A stretch of 62,194 nt of DNA from a virus (lineage: Duplodnaviria > Caudoviricetes): IMG/VR virus record IMGVR_UViG_3300032233_000294, positions 1 to 62,194 of that record; one strand, written 5' to 3'. Shown piece after piece: positions 17,192-26,311 of this stretch. Every line of letters starts with the position of its first letter. The stretch's first letter is position 1. The notes beneath the pieces are model-generated. The model was not told where the DNA came from, searched no databases, and saw nothing but the letters and a program-made list of their open reading frames with translations. The position numbers and the translations under genes were made by a program.

Positions 17192-18031
17192 ATGGCTTAT
17201 CCCGTCGTCTCGGCCCCCTACGGCCTAAAGCCGATCAACTTGATCGGTGGTCAGGTATTTGCAGGTTCTACCCGCAGCTTACCTATCCAGTATGGTTACG
17301 CCTCGAACATCTTTTATGGTGACTTGGTGAACATCGTGCGTGGAACTATTGTTAAGAACACTGACACTACTGACTCTACTGGCAACGGTTTGGTTGGTGT
17401 TTTCTTGGGTTGTTCTTACACAAACCCCACAACTAAGCAAAAGCAATTTGCACAATACTGGCCCGCTAGTACTGCGGCAGGTGATTGTATGGCTATCATT
17501 TGCGATGATCCTGACACAGTGTTTAAAGTGGTAATGTGCTCTGCAACTACAGTTATTGCCTCGGCTTCTGTTGCTATGGTTGGTCAAAACTTTGGTTTGA
17601 TCCAGAATGCTGGTAGTGCAAACACAGGTAACTCTGCTGTTGCCGCCCTGTATGCTGCTTCTACAACTGGTGCTGACTTGGCTTTGCGTGTAGTTGGTTT
17701 GGTTGAAGAAACTGCAATTGTTACTTCTGCAACTGGTTCATCTTCTTCGACGACCATTACCTTGACTGGTACTGGCTTGCCCAGCGCGTTGGTTGTTGGT
17801 ACCGATGTGGCTTATGTAGCCGCTAACGGTCAACTGATTGAGACTGGTTCGTTTGTATCTGTGGCTGCAAATGCTGGTGCAACAACAGTGACCATCAATG
17901 CTGCAATCGCAGTTCCCGGCAGTGTTACCGCTATCCCTAGCGCATCCACTATTGTTTTCACCCAGTATCCAGAAATGAAAGTCAAATTAAACTTTGGCAC
18001 TCATTCCTACTACACTGCCACTGCGGTATAA
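17192..18031 (+). CDS. Probable capsid cement/decoration protein
   Basis: PYGLKP, IFYGDLV, GVFLGCSYT, DDPDTVF; directly upstream of MCP. Confidence 0.6.
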   Translation: MAYPVVSAPYGLKPINLIGGQVFAGSTRSLPIQYGYASNIFYGDLVNIVRGTIVKNTDTTDSTGNGLVGVFLGCSYTNPTTKQKQFAQYWPASTAAGDCMAIICDDPDTVFKVVMCSATTVIASASVAMVGQNFGLIQNAGSANTGNSAVAALYAASTTGADLALRVVGLVEETAIVTSATGSSSSTTITLTGTGLPSALVVGTDVAYVAANGQLIETGSFVSVAANAGATTVTINAAIAVPGSVTAIPSASTIVFTQYPEMKVKLNFGTHSYYTATAV

Positions 18032-18042
18032 GGAGCTAAATC

Positions 18043-18951
18043 ATGGCTATTTCACGCGCACAACTACTTAAAGAACTCCTTCCCGGCCTAAACGCTTTGT
18101 TTGGTTTGGAGTACGCTACTTACGGCGAAGAGCATAAAGAGATCTACGAAACAGAGACATCTGAGCGTAGCTTTGAAGAAGAGACGAAACTATCCGGTTT
18201 CTCTGCTGCTCCTGTCAAAAACGAGGGTTCTGCTATTGCTTATGACAATGCGCAGGAAGCGTTTACGGCTCGCTATAACCACGAAACCATTGCTTTGGGT
18301 TTCTCACTGACCGAAGAGGCCATTGAGGATAACTTGTACGACAGCTTGTCTGCTCGTTACACCAAAGGTCTGGCTCGTGCTATGGCTTACACCAAGCAAG
18401 TTAAGGCTGCTGCCGTTCTAAACAACGGTTTTAGTTCTGCTTTCCCCGGTGGTGACGGTGTGGCTTTGTTCTCTACGTCTCACCCCTTGGTCTCCGGCGG
18501 TACAAACAGCAACACTCCATCTACCCCTGCTGACTTGAATGAAACATCGTTGGAAAACGCTGTTATTCAGATCGCCGCTTGGACAGATGAGCGTGGTTTG
18601 CTGATTGCTTCTAAACCTAGCAAATTGATTGTTCCTCCTGCATTGCAGTTCACAGCAACTCGTTTGCTTGAGACTGAACTCCGCGTTAGCACTGCTGACA
18701 ACGACATCAATGCGTTGAAGAACAATGGTTCAATCCCCGGTGGTTACACAATTAACCACTACCTGACTGATACCAATGCTTGGTTCTTATGCACTGATGT
18801 GCCTAACGGCATGAAGCACTTCATCCGTACACCGCTGTCTAACAGCATGGACGGTGACTTCGATACAGGTAACGTCCGTTACAAGTCTCGTGAGCGTTAC
18901 AGCTTTGGCTTCTCAGACCCTCTGGGTATGTTTGGCTCACCGGGCGCTTAA
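18043..18951 (+). CDS. Major capsid protein (Mu gpT-like)
   Basis: MAISRAQLLKELLPGLNALFG, EEAIEDNLY, GGDGVALFSTSHP, PSKLIVP, DFDTGNVRYKSRERY; followed by a terminator. Confidence 0.88.
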   Translation: MAISRAQLLKELLPGLNALFGLEYATYGEEHKEIYETETSERSFEEETKLSGFSAAPVKNEGSAIAYDNAQEAFTARYNHETIALGFSLTEEAIEDNLYDSLSARYTKGLARAMAYTKQVKAAAVLNNGFSSAFPGGDGVALFSTSHPLVSGGTNSNTPSTPADLNETSLENAVIQIAAWTDERGLLIASKPSKLIVPPALQFTATRLLETELRVSTADNDINALKNNGSIPGGYTINHYLTDTNAWFLCTDVPNGMKHFIRTPLSNSMDGDFDTGNVRYKSRERYSFGFSDPLGMFGSPGA

Positions 18952-18972
18952 TATTTCTTAGGAAATATATGG

Positions 18973-19010
18973 AAAGGGGGCTTGCGCCCCCTTTTCTTTT
19001 GTTGTATATT
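18973..19010 (+). terminator. Intrinsic terminator overlapping a sigma70-like promoter
   Basis: AAAGGGGGC-TTGC-GCCCCCTTTT; TTGCGC(18982)-17 bp-TATATT(19005). Confidence 0.75.
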
Positions 19011-19031
19011 GACTTTAATCCGGGCTTTCCG

Positions 19032-19092
19032 GTGCATTAGACAGTCCCGGCTGACGACATACAGACTAATGCACTTAACTTGTATGTAAGGA
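19032..19092 (+). ncRNA. Structured pseudoknotted leader downstream of the capsid gene (possibly the Mu-gpT-DE RNA motif)
   Basis: 9-bp stem 19032-40/19066-74; loop ACATACA 19057-63 complementary to TGTATGT 19081-87 next to SD AAGGA. Confidence 0.6.
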
Positions 19093-19098
19093 CACATC

Positions 19099-19572
19099 AT
19101 GGCATCGACCACCTTCTCCGGCCCAGTAACGTCCACAAATGGCTTTATTGGCGCTTTGACCGGCAATGTGACCGGTAACGTAACAGGCAATATTGCAGGA
19201 ACTGGCCGCGTAACGCATGCCACAACCGCTGCAATCAACGCTACAGCCACAGCCACCGCTGCTGAAGTTGCAACAGGCTACATCACTTCCACCTCCGCCT
19301 CTGCAACCGCCATCACGCTGCCTACGGGCACTTTGCTTGGAGCGGCACTGGGAGCGGCTAAAGGCACAGTTTTTGACTTGTATATTGACAACACCGCTGG
19401 CGCAAGCACAGTGACTATCGTCGTTGCTACAAACGGTATCTTGTCTACTGCCGCCGCAGACACTCCCGGCTCATTTGGTGATTTGACAATTGCCTCTGGT
19501 GTAACAGGTTTAGCCCGTTTCACCATCATGTTCTCTAGCGCAACAGCTTACGTGTTTACTCGTACAGCTTAA
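19099..19572 (+). CDS. Ala/Thr/Gly-rich virion protein (head fibre or decoration-like)
   Basis: MASTTFSGPV start; GNVT repeats. Confidence 0.6.
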   Translation: MASTTFSGPVTSTNGFIGALTGNVTGNVTGNIAGTGRVTHATTAAINATATATAAEVATGYITSTSASATAITLPTGTLLGAALGAAKGTVFDLYIDNTAGASTVTIVVATNGILSTAAADTPGSFGDLTIASGVTGLARFTIMFSSATAYVFTRTA

Positions 19573-19580
19573 TCAACCCA

Positions 19581-19601
19581 AGGGGCTTCGGCCCCTTTTT
19601 T
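19581..19601 (+). terminator. Intrinsic terminator
   Basis: AGGGGC-TTCG-GCCCCT plus T tract. Confidence 0.85.
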
Positions 19602-19615
19602 AAAGGAGATTGATT

Positions 19616-19909
19616 ATGATGCAAACAGACGTAAAGGCGGCGCATTTAACTTCCGCTGGTTCTTTTATGACGGGGCGTACACGCCTTAAAGGTATTGTAG
19701 TTAGCCCTAAAGCAAGTACAGCAGCAACATTTGAGATCCGCGATGGCGGTTCTGGCGCTGCGGTGCTATTTACAATGGATATTGCCAGTGTTACCACCCC
19801 GGTAAACTTTAACATCACAATACCCGGCGAAGGTATTTTGGCGACTACAGGGCTGTACCTAACAACTAGCGTAGGCACGGTTGTAGGTATTGAAGTCTTT
19901 TATGGCTAA
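19616..19909 (+). CDS. Small beta-rich virion protein
   Basis: AAAGGAG RBS; IPGEGIL...VFYG ending. Confidence 0.65.
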   Translation: MMQTDVKAAHLTSAGSFMTGRTRLKGIVVSPKASTAATFEIRDGGSGAAVLFTMDIASVTTPVNFNITIPGEGILATTGLYLTTSVGTVVGIEVFYG

Positions 19910-20147
19910 GTCTCCAGCATGGACTCGCAAAGAAGGCAAGAATCCCGAGGGCGGCTTGAACGCCAAGGGACGGGCCTCCGCGAAAGCGCAAGGCATGAAT
20001 TTGAAACGTCCCCAGCCAGAAGGCGGCTCCCGGCGCGACTCTTTCTGTGCGAGGATGAGTGGCATGAAAAAGAAGCTAACCAGCGAGAAGACGGCGAACG
20101 ATCCGAACTCGCGCATCAACAAAAGCCTACGGGCTTGGAATTGCTGA
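19902..20147 (+). CDS. Small basic protein (DUF6321-like)
   Basis: PAWTRKEGKNPEGGLNAKGR...SFCARM...DPNSRINKSLRAWNC. Confidence 0.7.
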   Translation: MAKSPAWTRKEGKNPEGGLNAKGRASAKAQGMNLKRPQPEGGSRRDSFCARMSGMKKKLTSEKTANDPNSRINKSLRAWNC

Positions 20148-20148
20148 C

Positions 20149-20397
20149 ATGACCGAAGACGCTATCCAAACAGCTCGTGAACTGGCTACACATGCGTCTG
20201 ACATTCGGCATTTGCAGGATGATATGGACAAGATGCTGGAGAACATGAAGGCCATGCAGGCAACGCTAACCGCGATTGACAAAACGCTGTCCGAGGCCCG
20301 TGGTGGCTGGAAGGTTTTGATGCTGGTTGGCGGCGCTAGTAGCGTCGTAGGCGCGGGTTTAGTTCAACTTGTTAATTGGTACGCAGGGGGCAAGTGA
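20149..20397 (+). CDS. Coiled-coil protein with a C-terminal TM helix
   Basis: Heptad N-terminus followed by WKVLMLVGGASSVVGAGLVQLV. Confidence 0.7.
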   Translation: MTEDAIQTARELATHASDIRHLQDDMDKMLENMKAMQATLTAIDKTLSEARGGWKVLMLVGGASSVVGAGLVQLVNWYAGGK

Positions 20398-20795
20398 TGC
20401 CAAGCGTAAGCAAGAAACAACATAATTTCATGGCAGCGGTGGCCAACAATCCATCATTTGCTAAGAAAGCAGGCGTCCCACAGTCCGTGGGCAAAGAGTT
20501 CAACGATGCCGATAAAGGCAAATCTTTTAAAAGAGGTGGTGATATGGCTTCAAGTATGGGTAAACCTGTGATGAAAAAAGGTATGAGCATGGCTAAGGAT
20601 GGCATGAAGAAGCCTACTCCTATGGCTGATACTTCCATGATGGGCGGTATGGGCATGAAAAAAGGCGGCATGCCTATGAAAATGAAAGACGGCAAGAAAG
20701 TGCCTATTTTCATGGCTAAAGGCGGCGGCATCGAGGCTAAGGGTAAAACCAAAGGCAAAATGATCACCATGAAAAGCGGCGGCAAAGCCTGCTAA
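20397..20795 (+). CDS. Lys/Met/Gly-rich basic protein with four xxxGG motifs
   Basis: FKRGG, MKKGG, MAKGG, MKSGG; TGATG coupling. Confidence 0.75.
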   Translation: MPSVSKKQHNFMAAVANNPSFAKKAGVPQSVGKEFNDADKGKSFKRGGDMASSMGKPVMKKGMSMAKDGMKKPTPMADTSMMGGMGMKKGGMPMKMKDGKKVPIFMAKGGGIEAKGKTKGKMITMKSGGKAC

Positions 20796-20804
20796 GGAGC
20801 TGGC

Positions 20805-21125
20805 ATGCCAAAGAAAACCCAAGCAGAGATTGCTGCCGATAATCTGGCCGCACAAGCTCGCGCAGAGGCGCAATCGGGCGGTACTGATGCACCGCCTACG
20901 GATGCTATGAAGCAGACTATGGCTGACCGCAGAGCTGAAATAGAAGCGGAAAGAGCGCAGACAACCAGATCATCTATGGGCGACAGCATGCTGAAGTTTG
21001 GTTCAGAGATGATGAAAAATTCAAAGCCAATAGAGAAAAAAGCCAAAGGCGGGTCTGTGTCCTCGGCTTCTTCGCGTGCTGATGGTTGCGCCGTAAAAGG
21101 CAAAACTCGTGGAAAGATGGTGTAA
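20805..21125 (+). CDS. Small protein with a KAKGG...RADGCAVKGKTRG C-terminus
   Basis: AAGGAG RBS; in operon. Confidence 0.75.
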   Translation: MPKKTQAEIAADNLAAQARAEAQSGGTDAPPTDAMKQTMADRRAEIEAERAQTTRSSMGDSMLKFGSEMMKNSKPIEKKAKGGSVSSASSRADGCAVKGKTRGKMV

Positions 21126-21127
21126 CT

Positions 21128-21415
21128 ATGCTAGCAAGTCGTGGTATGGGCGATATTAGCCCTTCTAAAATGCCTAAGGGCGTCAAGAAAGCCCGACGGG
21201 ATGACACCGACTTTACTAAGTACAAAGAGGGCGGTAAGGTGAAGTCTAAGGTGAATGCTGCTGGCAACTACACCAAGCCTGAGTTACGCAAGCGTATTTT
21301 TAACGCCGTAAAAGCAGAAGCTACAGCAGGCACGGGCGCGGGTCAGTGGAGCGCCAGAAAAGCGCAGATGGTGGCACAACGATATAAAAAAGCAGGCGGC
21401 GGGTATCGTGACTAA
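21128..21415 (+). CDS. Basic protein (DUF5872-like N-terminal half)
   Basis: YKEGGKV then NYTKPELR...GQWSARKAQ...YKKAGGGY. Confidence 0.7.
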   Translation: MLASRGMGDISPSKMPKGVKKARRDDTDFTKYKEGGKVKSKVNAAGNYTKPELRKRIFNAVKAEATAGTGAGQWSARKAQMVAQRYKKAGGGYRD

Positions 21416-21746
21416 ATGGTCTGACAAACGCAAAAAGTCTATAGACTGCGACGCCCCAAAAGGCTTTTCAGAAAAAGCACATTGCGCAAGTAAGAAAATG
21501 GCCGGTGGTGGTTTAGCTAAACCGCAACAGTCTCTCAAGGATTGGGGCAAACAAGATTGGACGACTAAAAGTGGTAAAAAATCTTCTGACACTGGTGAAC
21601 GATACCTTCCAAAAGCTGCGATCAAAAGTCTCAGCCCTGCTGAGTACGCTGCGACAACACGTGCGAAACGTGCTGGCAAAGCTAAAGGGAAACAGTTCGT
21701 AGCCCAACCTAAAACAATTGCAAAGAAAACAGCAGGCTTTAGATAA
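21408..21746 (+). CDS. Basic protein (DUF5872-like C-terminal half)
   Basis: MAGGGL then QQSLKDWGKQDW.TKSGK..TGERYLP. Confidence 0.7.
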   Translation: MTKWSDKRKKSIDCDAPKGFSEKAHCASKKMAGGGLAKPQQSLKDWGKQDWTTKSGKKSSDTGERYLPKAAIKSLSPAEYAATTRAKRAGKAKGKQFVAQPKTIAKKTAGFR

Positions 21747-22684
21747 TGGCTTCTACCTCAGGACTCTCCACCTTTAACCTAGACTTCAACGATATCGTTG
21801 AGGAGGCGTATGAGCGGGCGGGTATTGAAGTTCGTACTGGCTATGAGTTTCGTACCGCACGTCGGTCCTTCAATATGCTTACGATTGAATGGGCTAACCG
21901 TGGCATCAATTTATGGACTATTGAGCAAGGCCAATTCGTAATGAACACTGGGCAGGGCGTCTATGCGCTGCCTAGCACCACGATTGATCTCTTGGATCAG
22001 GTGATCCGCACACAGGCGACTACGCCTAATCAGATTGACATCAACATCAGCCGCATCTCTGAGTCAACGTACTCAACGCTGCCAAACAAGCTATCTCAAG
22101 GCCGTCCTATCCAAGTGTGGGTTAACCGCCAGTCTAATCAAAGCTATTTGTCCACAGCGACTGTTGCAGCAACGGTTCTCTCTACAGACACGACTATCAC
22201 CCTTAGCTCAACAGTGAGCTTGCCAGCGACCGGATTTATCACAATTGACTCAGAAACAATCTTCTACGCAAACGTCAGCGGTAATCAGCTACTTAATTGT
22301 TATCGCGGTCAGTACAACGGCGTCACTAATACAACTGCTGCTGGGCATGCAATAAGCGCAACCGTAACGGTTAACAACCTCACGTGTGTAAACGTGTGGC
22401 CCACTCCCAACTCTCCCGGCGATCAATACGTGTTTGTCTACTGGCGCATGCGCCGCATGCAAGACGCAGGTAACGGCGTCAATATCCAAGACATCCCTTT
22501 CCGTTTGATCCCGTGCGTAGTGGCTGGTCTGGCTTATTACGTTGGCTCCAAGCGGCCTGACATACCTATGGAGCGTATTGTGATGCTCAAAGCCGCCTAC
22601 GAAGAACAATGGACGTTAGCGTCGCAGGAGGACCGCGAGAAGGCTCCTGATCGTTATGTCCCAAGACAGTCGTTCTATAGGTGA
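21746..22684 (+). CDS. Head-tail adaptor/connector protein with an inserted Thr-rich domain
   Basis: IVEEAYER.G, ARRS.N...EWANRG.NLW, VWPTP, GLAYY. Confidence 0.7.
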   Translation: MASTSGLSTFNLDFNDIVEEAYERAGIEVRTGYEFRTARRSFNMLTIEWANRGINLWTIEQGQFVMNTGQGVYALPSTTIDLLDQVIRTQATTPNQIDINISRISESTYSTLPNKLSQGRPIQVWVNRQSNQSYLSTATVAATVLSTDTTITLSSTVSLPATGFITIDSETIFYANVSGNQLLNCYRGQYNGVTNTTAAGHAISATVTVNNLTCVNVWPTPNSPGDQYVFVYWRMRRMQDAGNGVNIQDIPFRLIPCVVAGLAYYVGSKRPDIPMERIVMLKAAYEEQWTLASQEDREKAPDRYVPRQSFYR

Positions 22685-22687
22685 TGT

Positions 22688-23116
22688 ATGCCGAGTAGAT
22701 ACGCTTCAGGCAAGTATGCAATTGCTCAGTGTGATCGCTGTGATGAGCGCTACATGCTTAAAGACCTGAAGAAAGAAATTATTAAGACGCGCTTGTTCAA
22801 TTTGAAAGTGTGTCCTGAGTGTTGGGACCCTGATCAGCCTCAGTTGCAGTTGGGTATGTACCCCGTGGATGACCCACAAGCTGTACGAGAGCCACGTCCT
22901 GATGTAAGCTATCAAGCTTCTGGTACTAGCGGTTTACAAATTTTGTCAACTAACAGTACTGCGCCAGATGGTTTTGGCTATCCAAATCAGGGTAGCAGGG
23001 ACATCCAGTGGGGTTGGAACCCTGTAGGGGGTTCTAGAAGTTTTGATGATCCTTTGACACCAAATTACTTGGTGTTAAACATAGAAATTGGTACAGTTAC
23101 GGTTACAACAACATAA
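22688..23116 (+). CDS. Zinc-binding virion-module protein
   Basis: CDRC...CPECWD.DQPQ...PRPD. Confidence 0.7.
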   Translation: MPSRYASGKYAIAQCDRCDERYMLKDLKKEIIKTRLFNLKVCPECWDPDQPQLQLGMYPVDDPQAVREPRPDVSYQASGTSGLQILSTNSTAPDGFGYPNQGSRDIQWGWNPVGGSRSFDDPLTPNYLVLNIEIGTVTVTTT

Positions 23117-23126
23117 GGAGTTGATC

Positions 23127-23360
23127 ATGGCTAAAAGTGATAGCAAAGAAGATATGAAAATGGACAAAGAGCAGGATAAGGCGATGATTAAAAAAGCCTT
23201 TAAACAGCATGATGCCCAAGAACATAAAGGCGGAAAAGGCACTGCTTTGAAGCTAGCCAAAGGCGGCAAGACAAATGCTCAGATGAAAGCTCTGGGTCGT
23301 GGTTTAGCTAAAGTAGCTAATCAGAAAAAATCTTCCTTTACCTACAAAAAAGGCGGTTGA
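23127..23360 (+). CDS. Small Lys-rich protein ending in GG
   Basis: AAGGAG RBS; LAKGG and C-terminal YKKGG-stop. Confidence 0.7.
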   Translation: MAKSDSKEDMKMDKEQDKAMIKKAFKQHDAQEHKGGKGTALKLAKGGKTNAQMKALGRGLAKVANQKKSSFTYKKGG

Positions 23361-23361
23361 T

Positions 23362-23619
23362 ATGGCTACGTTCAGCAAAAAAGTAATGGGCAAAGAAGTT
23401 GGTGATGCCAGCGTCTACGCAGAGCCACACACTATGGCGGGTAAGCCGGTTAAAGTTGCTACTAGTCTTCGGCCTAACCGAAGCGATGCGGCTACAGTCG
23501 ACATGTCTGTTGCAGGCATTAACCGCAGGTCAGCACCGGAAGCTAAGACAACTGGTATCGTCACCCGTGGTAACGGCGCGGCTACTAAAGGCAGAATTGC
23601 TAGGGGCCCAATGGCATGA
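23362..23619 (+). CDS. Small basic protein
   Basis: C-terminal RGNGAATKG..ARGPMA. Confidence 0.7.
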   Translation: MATFSKKVMGKEVGDASVYAEPHTMAGKPVKVATSLRPNRSDAATVDMSVAGINRRSAPEAKTTGIVTRGNGAATKGRIARGPMA

Positions 23620-24542
23620 CCTACACCGAACTCAGTAACGCTATTCAAGCGTATACAGAGAACACGGAGACTAACTTCGTGGCGGAAATTCCTGTCTTTG
23701 TTAGACAGGCTGAGCAGCGTATCTATAACTCATTGCAGTTCCCCTCAATTCGTAAGAACGTGACAAGCACTGTCGCAATAAACACAAAGTACTTGGACTG
23801 CCCTCTTGACTTCTTAGCTGTGTATTCTATGGCGGTCGTTGACAGTAACGGCAACTACGAATACCTGCTTAACAAAGACGTTAACTTTATTCGTCAAGCG
23901 TATCCAAACCCTACAACAGATGTTGGGATTCCTAAATACTACGCACTGTTTGGCCCAACGGTATTAAATTCTGTAGTCTATGACGAGCTCTCGTTCATAC
24001 TAGGACCAACAGCCGATGCGAGTTACAGCGTTGAGCTGCACTATTACCACTACCCCGAGTCAATTGTGCAAAGCCCCGTTGCTACTCTTGGTGCAATTAC
24101 TGGCGGCAGCGCATACACAACAGGCACTTATTTTAACGTGCCCCTGACTGGCGGTACGGGTAGCGGGGCGTTGGCAACGGTTACTGTTTCTGGCGGTGCG
24201 GTAACAGCCGTGACCCTTACAGATGGTGGCCTGCAATATACGGCTGGTGGGTCTTTGTCAGCTTCCGCTACAAACATTGGCAGCACAGGCTCTGGCTTTT
24301 CAGTGTTAATTAGTACTGTAACTAACTCTGATGGGCGGTCATGGTTAGGTGACAACTTTGACACCGTGCTGTTGTATGGCTCGTTACTTGAAGCTTACAC
24401 CTACATGAAAGGTGAGCAAGACATGATGGCGCTGTACAACCAGAAGTTTATGGAAGCTCTTGCGTTGGCCAAACGTCTTGGTGATGGTATGGAGCGTCAA
24501 GACGCTTACCGTTCTGGCCAATTTAGACAGGCGGTGACCTGA
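23616..24542 (+). CDS. Second adaptor / tail tubular protein with an inserted Gly/Thr domain
   Basis: MTYTEL...AEQRI, PKYYA, LGPT, LLYGSL.EAY.YMKG. Confidence 0.7.
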   Translation: MTYTELSNAIQAYTENTETNFVAEIPVFVRQAEQRIYNSLQFPSIRKNVTSTVAINTKYLDCPLDFLAVYSMAVVDSNGNYEYLLNKDVNFIRQAYPNPTTDVGIPKYYALFGPTVLNSVVYDELSFILGPTADASYSVELHYYHYPESIVQSPVATLGAITGGSAYTTGTYFNVPLTGGTGSGALATVTVSGGAVTAVTLTDGGLQYTAGGSLSASATNIGSTGSGFSVLISTVTNSDGRSWLGDNFDTVLLYGSLLEAYTYMKGEQDMMALYNQKFMEALALAKRLGDGMERQDAYRSGQFRQAVT

Positions 24543-24958
24543 TGGCTATCCAACAAGGCGGAACCAATACGTTCTCAACTGGGCTGATGAATGGAGTGTA
24601 TAACTTCACGACTGGCTCATTTAAGATTGCGCTATACACTGGCTCAGCTTCATTAGGACCTGATACACCGGCCTATACATCAGCTAATGAGGTTGTAGCT
24701 ACAGGATATACGGCGGGCGGTAACGCTCTAACGGTATCTGTTACGCCTACATCAGCTAATGATGTATCTTATATTTCGTTCTCTAACGTTACTTGGACTT
24801 CGGCATTGACGGCTCGGGGGGCTTTGATCTATCAAGTAGGTGGATCAAACCCGACTGTTTGCGTACTAGATTTTGGCTCGGATAAAATTTCCACAGCTAC
24901 GTTTGTCGTGCAGTTCCCCACCGCCAATAGCACTGACGCGATTATTCGCATAACTTAA
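24542..24958 (+). CDS. Tail-associated structural protein (paralog of 25172-25657)
   Basis: FKIALYT...AYTSANEV..TGYTAGG, ALIY, DFGSD. Confidence 0.7.
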   Translation: MAIQQGGTNTFSTGLMNGVYNFTTGSFKIALYTGSASLGPDTPAYTSANEVVATGYTAGGNALTVSVTPTSANDVSYISFSNVTWTSALTARGALIYQVGGSNPTVCVLDFGSDKISTATFVVQFPTANSTDAIIRIT

Positions 24959-24967
24959 GGAAACCAA

Positions 24968-25162
24968 ATGGCACTTGTAACTACAACCAAAGGCGAGATG
25001 GATGAATCTTTGCTTGAGAAAAAAGAAGGTTCATTGGATAATGACAACGAAACAACCACATGGGTGGAGTATTGGTTAGAGGGTGAGTTGGTGCATCGAT
25101 CAGCCCATGTCGCCCTAAAGCAAGCGCCCCCCATCGCTGCTGAAGCAGCATCTCTTACATAA
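24968..25162 (+). CDS. Small acidic hypothetical protein
   Basis: AAGGA RBS; WVEYWLEGELVHRS. Confidence 0.7.
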   Translation: MALVTTTKGEMDESLLEKKEGSLDNDNETTTWVEYWLEGELVHRSAHVALKQAPPIAAEAASLT

Positions 25163-25171
25163 GGAAACATC

Positions 25172-25657
25172 ATGGCAAATACCCAAGCAATGTGTACTTC
25201 GTTTTTAGGCGAAATTCTCACTGCCACACACAATTTTGGAACTGCTCCTCTTCGCGCGGTTACAACCCCCGACGTTTTTAAAGCGGCTTTGTATTTAACT
25301 TCTGCTACGGTAAACGCGAGTACTACAGCGTACAGCGCTTCTAATGAAGTGTCGGGTACAGGCTATACCGCTGGCGGCGTAACGATTACAGGCTCCCCTG
25401 CATGGAATGCGCCAACTGCTACTAATACCTCTACAACCGCTGGCACTGCATTTACGACACCTACGGCTTCGATTACGTACACAACCGTAACTTTGACAAC
25501 GGCGTTTGACTCAGTGTTGATCTATAACTCTACTCAGAGCAATAAGTCTGTCAGCGTACACACCTTCGGTTCTCAAACAATTACCGCTGGTACATTTACA
25601 TTGACTATGCCTGCTAATACTACTGCTGCTGCGTTGTTGCGTATTGCTACAACTTAA
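25172..25657 (+). CDS. Tail-associated structural protein (paralog of 24542-24958)
   Basis: FKAALY...AYSASNEVSGTGYTAGG, VLIYN, TFGSQ. Confidence 0.7.
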   Translation: MANTQAMCTSFLGEILTATHNFGTAPLRAVTTPDVFKAALYLTSATVNASTTAYSASNEVSGTGYTAGGVTITGSPAWNAPTATNTSTTAGTAFTTPTASITYTTVTLTTAFDSVLIYNSTQSNKSVSVHTFGSQTITAGTFTLTMPANTTAAALLRIATT

Positions 25658-25666
25658 AGATAGTGT

Positions 25667-26302
25667 ATGGCTAACGCATGGGGTTCCGAAGCATGGGGCG
25701 ACGGCAGATGGGGCACCAATGACTTTGATTTGGCGCTCACGGGTGTCAGCGCAACAGGTTTAGTTGGCTTCGGCTGGGGCCAAGGGGCTTGGGGCGATAA
25801 CCCGTGGGGCGGCTCTAGTTTAGGATTTATTGAAGAATACAGTGGTGCGGGCGTTAGCGCTACTGGTGCTGTAGGTAGTGTCACTGTTGCTGATCGTCTT
25901 ATTGCCATAACAGGTGTTAGCGCTTCTGGCGCAGTGGGCACAGTAGTTAGCATAAATGTTATGGCGCTGACAGGCGTTGGGAGTGTGGGCAGTGTAGGTA
26001 CGGCTGCGGTTACAAGTACTCTTGGTTTAACGGGCAATCAGGCTTTTGGGCAAGCAAGCCAAGTTATTGTGCCGCTAAATTCCAACCAAGCTTTGGCTTC
26101 TGTTGGGACCGTAGTTCATGTAATAACTGTAGGGTTGACCGGCATATCCGCTTCAGGCGCTTTAGGGACTATGGGGTTGATCAGGACACATAGCGCAACA
26201 GGTAATTTAGCAAGAGGCAGTGCTGGAAATGTAGTAGCTGTTTACTGGAAATTAATTGATGACAACCAGTCAACAATTTGGCAAAATATAAACACTTCGT
26301 AA
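25667..26302 (+). CDS. Tail-associated protein with WG and TGVSA.G.VG repeats
   Basis: WGxxxWG repeats; repeated LTGVSATGAVG units. Confidence 0.65.
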   Translation: MANAWGSEAWGDGRWGTNDFDLALTGVSATGLVGFGWGQGAWGDNPWGGSSLGFIEEYSGAGVSATGAVGSVTVADRLIAITGVSASGAVGTVVSINVMALTGVGSVGSVGTAAVTSTLGLTGNQAFGQASQVIVPLNSNQALASVGTVVHVITVGLTGISASGALGTMGLIRTHSATGNLARGSAGNVVAVYWKLIDDNQSTIWQNINTS

Positions 26303-26311
26303 GGAACGGAC

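Noticed and set aside
20477-20491. Palindrome-like CCCAC-N5-GTGGG here and TCCAC-N7-GTGGG at 50208
   Set aside because: Wrong spacer length, so not counted as members of the N6 family
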